A DNA stretch of 64,000 nucleotides from Hydrolagus colliei (Eukaryota), in assembly GCA_035084275.1 (NCBI GenBank), contig CM068755.1, positions 9,982,001 to 10,046,000 of the forward strand, read 5' to 3'. The translations under genes were made by a program, and so were the position numbers. A model generated the notes under the pieces. The model did no database searches. It had not been told where the DNA came from and saw only the letters and a list, made by a program, of their open reading frames with translations. Below, one piece after another: positions 38,307-48,717 of the stretch (its first letter is position 1; the number at the start of each line of letters is the position of its first letter).

Positions 38307-39689
38307 AATCGCGCTGCTAAACAAATGAATGAATAAATAAATACATAAATCACAACATCTCCACAAGGCGAGGAGTGAAAAAGATCATATGGTTGTTTAG
38401 ATTTTCTTTACCACAACAGCTTAGCTGCCCGCTTCAAATGGGGACATTTTTACCTTGATACCGCTCGTCACTTAGCAACCCCTATGAAAGCACTTGTATG
38501 CATTGATTGCAAACAATTGTCTTTACTCGGTTGCAAGTGTTAACTGAAGCAGACCCCAATGGTTGACCGCTAGTCTTTAGAAGCAATCTTTGTTTGCAAT
38601 CGCCCTTTAAAGGCATCAGATGGGAAAATTAAAGCTGCCGGTGTATGATAATAAATCTGTTATTTGCTCCAGTACTTTAGCCAGTGGCAGCCAATTTGGC
38701 AGAACCCAACCCACTTTTTGCAGTGATCTTGACATATTAATCTGGTACCCAGAAGCCTGCAGACTGGGTCCTCCTTTACTATATGTTATCTGCTTAGACT
38801 AATATTGCAATTGCCACCCACTGACATAATTTGTTTCACAGTCACAGCCTTGCAGCATGAATCAAGTGTTGACATTCTAATTTCATGCACACATGGGTGT
38901 TTGGCTGAGCTGGTGATAATTTCTAAGTAATACAGTCGATACAGTAACGCACACTAAACAATGTTTCCTTTGTTTATTCCTACATTTCTTTATTCTCGTT
39001 TAGTTTTCTGCCGTGCAAGCTGCCTTTTATACCAATAGTTTTTTTTAAAAATATACATATATATTTCGTTTTTTTTATATTAAAAAAACCCGGAGGGATT
39101 ATTAATTTGTCCACTTTGGGGGGTTTTCAGATACGCTTTCAAATTCTGATCGTACTTTGCTATCGAGTTGTTGTTACTTTCTTTTAAAAAAATTTTTTAA
39201 AAAAGTTAGTTGCATGCGTGAGAAGTCTCTTTGTAACGCATCCCATTCACTCGGGGGCTGTGGTCATTGCAATCCATTTAAACCAATTTGACAGAAGACT
39301 CCTTGTCGAGGCTAGAGTCGTTTCGCTTTATGTCGCTGGCAACTTACGTTGGCGTATCTCGATCAGCCTTAGATAATAATCGCATCAGGTTTAAAAAATA
39401 TATTCAGGTATATACTGTATGTATATATATATAAGAAGAGCTGGCGTAGACTCCTTTACATTCAATCTACTGCCACTGCACTTGTTCGGCTGGGTGTTTG
39501 CCAGCGAATGTTTGCCAGACTGATTTCAAACCGCAAAAGAGGCGTTTGTACAGTTAATATTTCAATGCTTCTTCGAACATTTTTTGGGGGAAAAAATGAC
39601 ACAAAAATAGGTTCGACTACGTTTGATTGCTTCTCGTTCCTGGGCGCAACAGGTGCGACTTTATCTCCCGACAGAAGCTTAAAAGGAGG

Positions 39690-39715
39690 GAGAGAGAGAG
39701 AGAGAGAGAGAGAGA
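39690..39715. repeat. (GA)n microsatellite
   Basis: Perfect run. Confidence 0.9.
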
Positions 39716-42700
39716 AAATACAAAGAACTTCCTAGATGTTGTGGTTCCTTCGTCCTTAATCTTGATTTGTTCACGTAGGTCAGTGTTGTAGGAAGGCGAG
39801 CTGGAAAATGACTGCATCAGCGCCTTTCCTCATTAACGCCGCTGTGCTTAGCGCCGGCAAATTGATCACCGGCTTTTATTCAACTGTTGATTTTGTGAAG
39901 AATTATAGTCCCTGTTTATTGCCGCAGACCCGCCGTGGCTCAAAAAGTAAATATAAAGATTTCACAATAAACATTGCGAGTGCTGTAATTGGTTGATGTA
40001 TAGATTTGACATTCTCAAATATGTGTGTATATATATATATATTTAATAATGTTGACTATTTGCAATTAATTTAGAGGCAGGACCACTGGTTTAGGTGTTG
40101 AAATGACTTCAAGTGAATCAGGGGGGTGGGGGGGCGGGGGTGGAGGGGGGGGTCTTCAGAGAAAATGTGATGAAGACTGTCAAGAGCATCATTGACAGCT
40201 TCCCTCAAGGGCGGCGAATATTGACTAAAAGTGGTCAGTAGAAAATAAACTCTCATTTTGCGGGCGCTGCCCAAGTCCTAGCATTATGTCTGAAGTTGTA
40301 CTTTCGTCTACTTTACGAAACCGTTTTCTCGAAAGCAAAACACCGCTGCTTTCTTGAAATAAAGTACTACCATTGAAATAGTATATTCAGTCGGTCAAGT
40401 GCTCTGATTCTCTGATTCGGGTTCTCAACATACAATGTGAATTGTGAGACAGTGACAAGTGGATGATAGATTCGGATATTGTTTGACTTGCCGTCTAAAG
40501 TTACATTGTCCTTTTAAACTATGTGTCCTGTAATGACCTAACCTTCCAAAGTCTTGTTCACTGAAGTTGTATCGGTATCTCTCTCTAATTATAGTGATTT
40601 TTGATGACTGCTGCTGCCCAAAATCTCAGACCCCAATATCAGCCATTTTCTCTGAACCTCTTACCCCCGTTGACATTCTTCACAGTATGAACTTAAGCTA
40701 CATAATAAACGGATGGCTATTCAATCTCTTTTCCTAAGGTTAAGTTGGTTTGTTATTCAGGCTTCTGCCCTTGTGTATTAGGCAAAACATAAATTATGCA
40801 TACTAATTACCTTGGATGGGCTACCAGTTTAATGAATTCTTTTAATTAAACTGCAACACTGTGTTTTGCAAAGGCCGGCCAATATTTCATCGTTACTGCC
40901 CTAACCTCCCCTCCTTGCCCATGCAACTCTGTGCAGCGAGCTGCCTGGTCCAAATCTAATCCATCTAAGATCTTGTGTTGCATTTGTTGCAATCCGTGTT
41001 CGTAGAAGGAGTTAATAAAGTAATCTTCACAGTAAACAGAGCTGATGGCTCTTCCATCTGGATTATGGCACGCGATGATGGTTGCAGGTTAAAGATTTGA
41101 TGTATAGATCTGAATTTCATTGCCCCTGAATAGTATTAAAATTTCCGGATGAGTAGTCCAACAATAAATATATTGGACAGTCAGTGTGTATATCTTATTA
41201 TTTTGCATAATAATGAGATATGGGTTTATAATGCACTAAGCCCTGCTTGCTAAACCATTAGGGTTGGTAAAATGTATATGATAAAAACTGCAAACAAAAC
41301 TTGTCAAAGGACGTTATCTATCGATGCATGCATGCTGCTATCTACATCTTAATTTTTTTTCGCACATGATTTGACAGTGAAAAAGAGAAGTGTCTTTGAA
41401 CCAGTGTGAATCGGCGGTGTATCAGTTTCCCCTGTTGTGTTGGCATGTGTTCCTCCAATGTGCACAAATCTGCAGGCTCGGGTTTCGTCGCACAACGTGC
41501 CAGTTGCACTCTGCCGTTTAAAGTTGCATAACTTTTTACCTTACAGTGATTAATGTGTTGACCAAACTACTTGTGAATCGGCGCAGAGATTGCGTTTGTT
41601 AAAACTTGCTTTCGGTCCATGAAACGGGTAGGAAATTAACAAGTAGATATCTTTTTTTTTTTAAAAAGGCGTGTTTAACAAATTGTCGTTTACTTAGAAA
41701 GGATGTGCTGCAGATTATATACAAATCTTCGCACACTTACTGTATGGCAAATCTCAGTTGGTTATCAGAATGATTGAGGAGAAAAGGCCATGGTAAATAT
41801 GTAATACTCTTAGCATATTAACAGACTGATATCAATCGCAAGGCTAAAGACGTTTTCTTCTTTGAGAATTTTAATGTTCGGTTTATGTGTGGAAAAAAAT
41901 AGTGGCAGTCAAACCACCAATATCACCATTTATACACAGCCTCCATTGAAATGTTTGAATAAAAACCTTCTATAATGTTGTGGCTGTAACTGCAGAGATG
42001 GTTAAAGAGAGTATTGCTAATTACCCCGCCAGGATAATGTGACAGATGTGTTGTCTTATACCTAAGAATTGGCACAGCTACCCATTCAACATTCAATACA
42101 AATCATTATAGAATCAATATTGGTTTCACGCGGTAGTCCATCGTGTAGCGTCAAAGCTGGTTTCACGCCGAAACAAGTCTTGTTAAAGCTTACCACCTTG
42201 TAGGTGTCAGCAGAAATCAATGTCAGAAGGACGAAATCCCTTCCTTTACTGTGTGTCTGTGTGTGTGTGTGTGTGTGTTTTGATCACTATGTTATTGGCA
42301 ATAAAAGCAGAGATTTACTAATGTAACATGCTGTCGGTTTGTGTAAATTCATCCTGATGTGTAATTTCTCTCCGAGGACCCGTTCCTTTATAAACTTGAA
42401 GGAATGAGTCAAATGCACGATTTTCGATAATGGCTACACATTGATAGGTAGAATATTGTTCTCGTAAATAGTCTTAACTGTCCGCTGTGTCATAATATTG
42501 CCAGGTTATTAATATTGCGGCGGTTATTTTTTTGTCAATCAGTTGATAACTTTAACAATATTTTAAATCCCACGATTTTTGAAGAATTGGACCAATGTCA
42601 CCCCCCCAAAGTGTAGGTTTTCTGACCCGCGATAGGATGAGATGGGATGGAAGGAGAGAGGGAGGGAGGGTGTGGGAAGGCGACCAGCGGTCACTATTGC

Positions 42701-43701
42701 AACACTGTACTGCAACCAAAGGAAAGAAAGGGTTAAGATGAATTTAAATTCCAAAAGAGTTCTAGAGCCGGTTGTCCTAGTACCGCGGTCAGAAATGTGT
42801 TTGTGAAAATCCAGCGTTTTTTGTTCCATAAAAAGGCTAAATCTACATCGGTGGCCCAGTATACGTTTGCTATTCTTTGGATTTTCTATTCAAGTGAATG
42901 AGGTTGAATGAAGTACCCGGGAACCTTTATTTGATCTACTCAATTGCATAAACTGACAGAATTCTAATATATTTGTTTAATAGACTTCAATAGGCTGGCT
43001 TTTCTGGGTTGCATATCTCGCTCGCACCCGTCGAAATTCACCCGGGTCGCAACACATAAACATAACTCATAAGCAGAGAAATAGTCTGATCTGGTCTGGG
43101 AAGTGTTTGGAGCTCAGGAAAGTGCGAAATGAGGAAACAGATGTTAAGCAATTGTGAATTCCAATAGTGAAGTCTGGGCTATTGTCAACTCACTGCAGGC
43201 GGTCCAAAAGCCTCTCTTTTTGAAGCTGTAATTGAAACATATTAATTAGATAATTTGTTGTTAGTTTTAAAAGAAACAAACAAGAGCCGGCCCCCACGCT
43301 TCCTAAAACCATCATTTTCCTAGGCTTTTTAAAAAAAAACTTTAGCGGTGGAGAATGAAGGGACTTTATGTAAAAGGCAGTAGTGTAAGGTAAGTTAGGG
43401 GACATGCGGTGTTTCTGCTGTGCACAGAAATAGTTCAGATGTCTCCATAGATTTTTTTTTCTCCAGCGAACGGATATAATGATGAGCTTTTAAGTAGGTA
43501 GTATTCTTTTGCAAAGCTTGTTGATATAATTGTGGTGAATGCTTGATGAATGGTTTCAGTTGTCCCCTGTGTGACAAGCCGGCGGCTTCATGCATTTTAA
43601 TCAGCGGCTGCTGGGAAGAGCCCAGTGCGTTCTCCTTCCCTCTCTTTTCCCGCTTGTTGTTGTGTGTGTGGGATCTGCACATTTTTCCCCCCCAAAAAAG
43701 C

Positions 43702-43708
43702 CCTCTCC

Positions 43709-43757
<49 letters not shown>
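43702..43757. repeat. Compound (CT)n(CA)n microsatellite
   Basis: Direct reading. Confidence 0.9.
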
Positions 43758-43760
<3 letters not shown>

Positions 43761-44928
43761 CTGTCTGAAAGTTCATTATCTCCCATCAAAAACAATCGGA
43801 TCCTCCTTTTTCAATTTGCACAGACTATTTTTGTTGCTCTAAAGCACAGTGGCTCATGTTAAGCGCAAATTTAATACCCGCGTGAGGAGAGGGAGGGGGA
43901 GAAAAGGCGATGCGGTTTATTGGACCGTTTTGAACCAGCTAAAAGTGCCCGAGAGCTTATGCGATCATTTGTGAGTTTTTAAACCAGACGTCGGCTGCTG
44001 CATTATTCATTTGTTAAACAACGAGAACTGGGCTGACCTTAAATTTAAAAAAATTGGGATCGGTTAGTACAGTGTTTCTATTTATCTTTTGAAAAGAAAA
44101 AATAATGGCATAGTAAAGATGAGGTTTGGTGTTTGGTGGAGGACGACGTTATTAGGCGATCCGATAGGAAAGCAAAAGTGGTTATTTAATTTGTGTCAAT
44201 ACAGTTATCAGCTCCATGATGTTTACTTAAAGACTTTTGATTCCTGCAGATTTTGAAAAAGATTAGTTTTAACAGAAACAAACTCTCTCTCTCTCGCAAA
44301 GAAACCAATTGGGGGGGGGGGGGGACAGGGAAATATATACCAGACTTAGGAGATGTTTGTGAATATGTGTCGATGACATTAAAATCAGAGCGATCAGCGA
44401 AACAACGTAAAAGTTTCCGGGGCGTAGATGAAACGAGTTACCCAGATATTCACTGAGATTCACCTAAACGGGAGACGGGCTGTTTAGTGTAGGCATTCAT
44501 TAGTTACTTTAAAAGGCAATTGTAAAATAAAATTGTAAAATAAGGCAACAGCTGAGCAAAACCTACTTTTCGACGTTTTAAGTGCATATATAGCGTTATT
44601 AACGACGTTTGCAATACATATGTACAATTTACATAGTATAAATGTATATAGATATACACACAGACAGACAGACACACACACACACACACACACTGTAATG
44701 CAATTTAAACTTGTTCCAGTGTTTAACGTTGGATAGATGATATCAACTATATAATCCTTCATAACTTGTTGGGAAGTTGAGTTGAACTCACAATGTGAGC
44801 TGTTAACCTAGATATTGCTGTCAGACTACTGTAGGTGTGTCCGAGGTGTCATTTTGTTTTAGGCAACTGTTAGTTAGTTAATCAGTTACTCTCTCGTTTC
44901 TTTTTCAACCATTAACTTCGTTCACAAC

Positions 44929-44968
44929 AACACACACACACACACACATGCACACACATACACACACA
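44929..44968. repeat. Imperfect (CA)n microsatellite
   Basis: Direct reading. Confidence 0.85.
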
Positions 44969-45310
44969 GGCTTCTCTGGTAGTGTACGCATTTTTTAATG
45001 AGAAAATATTTTTGGATCACCCCACTTCATAATTTAAAGCAGACAGTTTCTCGGATAGACAGACACACATGCTGGCAACTAACAAAGCTTGCATCCATCT
45101 AGCGGAATCTCATGCTTCTGTACATCAACACAAGGGGCGAAAGTCGTTTTGTTGTTTTTTTTTCCTTTTACAGTCTTGACAAACGCTTTTTGAGTTTTTC
45201 CACAACACCCAGTTCAAAATTACACGACAAAAATGATCAGCATTTCATAGTCTTTTTTTGTTCTGCGAGTCACAGGGAACTATATATAGCGGAAGCTAAT
45301 GGAAAGTGCA

Positions 45311-45316
45311 TTTATT
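45311..45316 (-). terminator. Candidate polyadenylation signal for foxb1
   Basis: First AATAAA on the minus strand (plus tttatt), about 300 nt after the stop codon. Confidence 0.5.
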
Positions 45317-45617
45317 CACACGCTGAATTTTTTTTCTTCTTGTTTATATTATTCACATCAAACCGATTTACATTCACATTTTGTTTTAAACAGTCAGGAA
45401 AAGGTCAGATCAGGCTTTTAACCCCCCCCCCCCACCCCCCCCAGCCCCCACCCCCCACCCCCCACCCCCTCCCCTCCAAGCCTAACCCCCTCACACTCTA
45501 ACCTTCCAGAAACTTTTGAGTCAATTACTCTCTGCTCTTCCCCCCCTCCCCACTCCCCACCCCAGCCCCTCCCGCGAAAAAAAACCTCTCTGTGTATATG
45601 TTTGTCCATAATAAATG

Positions 45618-46559
45618 TTAGTGAACAGCCACCGACTGCAACGCAGCGCCGGGGTTTGTTAAAGTCTCACTCGGAATGGGGCTGGTGGCTGTCTGCGGAG
45701 AGGTTGGGCTGAGAGCCGCGGGATGGTTGGAGAGGAGAGCCGAGATGGGCAAAGCCGGCAAGACAGGCACGCTGGCCAGGGTGGGTTTGATAGGCACCGG
45801 GATGGCCGGTAGAGTCTGTCCCCCGTGGCACAGAGGCTTGAGAGGGACGCCGTAAGCACTGTAATCGCCGCCCGCCATCGAGATGGGGGAACCCGTGTCC
45901 ATACTGTACATGTGAGGCCAGGCTGTACCAATAGAACTGCCAACTGTGTTCAATTGGTTGTGCATGGGGTAGCCGCCAGGCATAGGCTGCACGGTAGAAA
46001 AAGCCAGTCCGCTTGTCATGACATTTTTATACTCTCTGGCGATAATGTTCTCGATGGCGAAGGGGTGTTTGAAGCTGGAGCTCTGAGAGACACCCATGTT
46101 ATAGGTGGGCAACTGAGGCAGGTGGGTCCCCGAAGCGGCCAAGGCGCTCAGCCGGAGCTTCGCCTGCTGTTGGAGGTACTGAGCGGCTTCTGACGGCTTG
46201 CTGACGGCCAAGTGGTCGGCTTTGAGCACTTTGAATCGCTTGCGACGTCTCAGGAAGCTGCCGTTCTCGAACATGTCCCCGCAGTTGGGATGGAGAGCCC
46301 AGAAACTGCCCTTGCCTGGCTGGTCCGGTCTGCGGGGGATCTTGATGAAACAGTCGTTGAATGAGAGGTTGTGTCTGAGAGAGTTTTGCCATCTCTGCGT
46401 GTTCTCCCTGTAGTAAGGGAAGCGATCCATGATGAACTTATAGATCTCGCTCAGTGGAAGCATCTTCTCTGGGGAGCTTTGGATGGCCATAGCAGTCAGA
46501 GAGATGTAGGAATAAGGTGGTTTTTGGTCGCTGTAAGTGTTTCTGCCCGGGCGAGGCAT
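45618..46559 (-). CDS. foxb1: Forkhead box protein B1, single coding exon, 313 aa
   Basis: Translation [91 protein letters not shown]...FLRRRKRF is a FoxB forkhead domain. RNTY at the N-terminus, [10 protein letters not shown] and C-terminal SVAVH match FoxB1 rather than FoxB2. The ATG is at 46559-46557; the ORF track starts at an upstream GTG (46565). Stop TAA is at 45620-45618. Confidence 0.97.
   Translation of the reverse strand: MPRPGRNTYSDQKPPYSYISLTAMAIQSSPEKMLPLSEIYKFIMDRFPYYRENTQRWQNSLRHNLSFNDCFIKIPRRPDQPGKGSFWALHPNCGDMFENGSFLRRRKRFKVLKADHLAVSKPSEAAQYLQQQAKLRLSALAASGTHLPQLPTYNMGVSQSSSFKHPFAIENIIAREYKNVMTSGLAFSTVQPMPGGYPMHNQLNTVGSSIGTAWPHMYSMDTGSPISMAGGDYSAYGVPLKPLCHGGQTLPAIPVPIKPTLASVPVLPALPISALLSNHPAALSPTSPQTATSPIPSETLTNPGAALQSVAVH
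46041..46061 (-). other. eh1 (Groucho/TLE-binding) motif FAIENII within FoxB1
   Basis: Codons read (HP)FAIENII, matching the FxIxxI eh1 consensus known in Fox proteins. Confidence 0.85.
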
Positions 46560-46575
46560 TGTCACAATTCAGTCT

Positions 46576-46598
46576 CAGCAACAGCAGCAGCAGCAGCA
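46576..46598 (-). repeat. (CTG)n-like triplet run in the foxb1 5'UTR
   Basis: Plus cagcaacagcagcagcagcagca, 17 nt upstream of the ATG. Confidence 0.85.
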
Positions 46599-46663
46599 CA
46601 CACAACAAATAAGATTTTTTATAAATAAAGAAAACCTTTCTTTTCAATCAATGTTTCAACAAA

Positions 46664-46982
46664 CTGTAAACGGCTAAATCAAAAAGCTTTTCCCCCCACC
46701 TCAAAGTTTGACGAAGTTCACAAGCAGCATTCGTTCTGCGTTTTTTTTTGGAGGGGGGAGAGAAATCTGCTTTCTGTCCTGAAATCTCCAGCCGGGACCT
46801 GGTCTCCCTACAACAAGCTTGTACTTTAAGTCCACACACAAACCAGCGACGCTATATTTTTTTTAAAAACAAAAAAACCGAGCTGTGATCTTCGCTGACA
46901 AGCAAGCGAGGGGGAGAGGGAGGGGGAGGGGTGGGGGGGTGTGGGGGGGGGGGCGGAAAAAAAAAATCAACCTCTTTCTCAC
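46664..46982 (-). other. Candidate 5'UTR intron of foxb1
   Basis: Minus-strand donor-like GA|GTGAGA at 46982 and acceptor-like ...gctttttgatttagccgtttacAG| ending at 46664. Mammalian FOXB1 has a non-coding first exon. Boundaries are unverified. Confidence 0.35.
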
Positions 46983-47039
46983 TCAGCAGCGAACGGCGAG
47001 AGGAAATCTTCCACCTTCTTATGCTCGGATTTAGCTACT

Positions 47040-47235
47040 GGCAGCCTCCATGTCCTCCTCGCAGCATCTGGTAGTTTTTATGTAGTGACATGTGCAAAAG
47101 GAGCCCTGTAGGGCGCTTCATTAATGTGGCACTCTGACTATCACATGACAATCGCATTTGGCGAAGGCATAATCTGGTTTCATTTACACCTATTTACATG
47201 GACACCTTTGGCCAATAGGAATCATTTACATTTCA
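47040..47235 (-). promoter_or_regulatory. Probable foxb1 core/proximal promoter
   Basis: Minus-strand TATA-like CATAAAAA at 47082-47075, CCAAT near 47211-47216, and three GTAAAT cores (47182-47187, 47192-47197, 47224-47229), about 500 bp upstream of the ATG in CpG-rich sequence. TSS near 47050 is inferred. Confidence 0.55.
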
Positions 47236-48693
47236 ACACAGTTAGGGGTCAAATCCGAATTGTGAAAAGACGCAGAAACCGGAATTGAAGTGTAATGGCA
47301 CCCAGTAACCGCGTGTGAAGGTATGCGCTAACCTTTCTATGTGCTTTGCAGGGCGCTTATGACTGCTTTCCCCCCCCCCCCCCCCCATCCCCCCACCCCA
47401 CCACACACACACATCCCACTTTACAAACGGAGCTATCGAGAACAGTGAGCAGAAAGTTGGTGTTTTGAAATGGAAATGTGGTGGAGGAGAGCCGCCTGTT
47501 TTATTATGTCTGGTGATGAGCTATATCATTACCTGTTGTATTAGCCTATTGATTCCGCTCATACCTAAAGAAAATATTTGATGATCAGCGTTATCTAGCG
47601 AAGGCGTTGTGAAATAAAGTAAAAGCGCCTGAAGTACAACACAAGGCAAGTCCAGCACTGTCCTATCCGCGCGTGTGTGTGTATGTGTGTGTGTGAAAAA
47701 CACCTAGTTTGCAATTTGTGACATTTTATTTCGAGTATTCTATTTCGAAATGCGCCGGAAACATTTGAAGGCAACTCAGATTCCTATATACCACTCGTTC
47801 ATTTTCTTGTATGTTTATTTATATATAATATATGTGATATATATGATACGCATCATATATATATTCTACACATATATGCAAATGAGTGCGAGGTTTATGC
47901 GGAAACGCACGTATATAGTATATGTATGTATATACAGTACTGTATATATAATATATATATTCTTGTTGAGTTGGATACCGGTAGCGGCAAAACAATGTGT
48001 GGAAAGTCAGTGCTGATCAGTAACTCACCAAATCGTAACTTAAACACGCTTATTTCTCGAGATTAAATAATTTCATTAATATTAAAATGACACCCGAGTC
48101 GGATCTCGCTTGGTTTAAATGCGGGAGCACGATTTTCAGTATTGACTGGGAGTACTTGAAGCAACCAATGTCGAGTTCACACCTCAGGAAAAAAAAATCG
48201 GAGTGAAAATAGGTTCGCACAAACTTTTTAAAACGCTTTGGGTAGAAAATGAGTCTTTAATATGCGTGCAGACACAAAACTAACGGGGGGATGATCCAAT
48301 GCCAGAATTAATGCAAATGAAGATAAAGGGTAAGGATGGGAAACCTCATAAAAACGCTCAAAAGTCAATTATATTAATATGCAAAAAACAAATGGAAATC
48401 TACTTGCTATAATAACCGTTTAGGCTTTAGCCAAACCGAGTGCCACGTTTCTGCATGGAAGGTTTGCTATAGCTTTCTTCCCACAAGCAGGACCACACAC
48501 GTTTCAGGTTAGTAATAATTTATGGTAATTTCTTCCATAAATCCACAGTCTGCTGTATTCGCATTCAGGCACTCCCAAGCCAACCAGACAAATGACAAAC
48601 ACAATATTGGTTTTGATCTCTTCTGTTTACACGCCTTAAACATGCAGGTGTAGTTTGGGGAGCTTTGGGTGGAAAAACACACAGAGGTGGGAA

Positions 48694-48717
48694 AGAGAGA
48701 GAGAGAGAGAGAGAGAG
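48694..48717. repeat. (AG)n microsatellite
   Basis: Direct reading. Confidence 0.9.

Noticed and set aside
46560-46565. ORF-track start at 46565 (MTMPR...)
   Set aside because: It is a GTG. The conserved FoxB1 N-terminus begins MPRPG at the ATG at 46559.
45659-46647. Overlapping alternative-frame and antisense ORFs over foxb1
   Set aside because: Expected shadows of a GC-rich CDS, with no recognisable domains.
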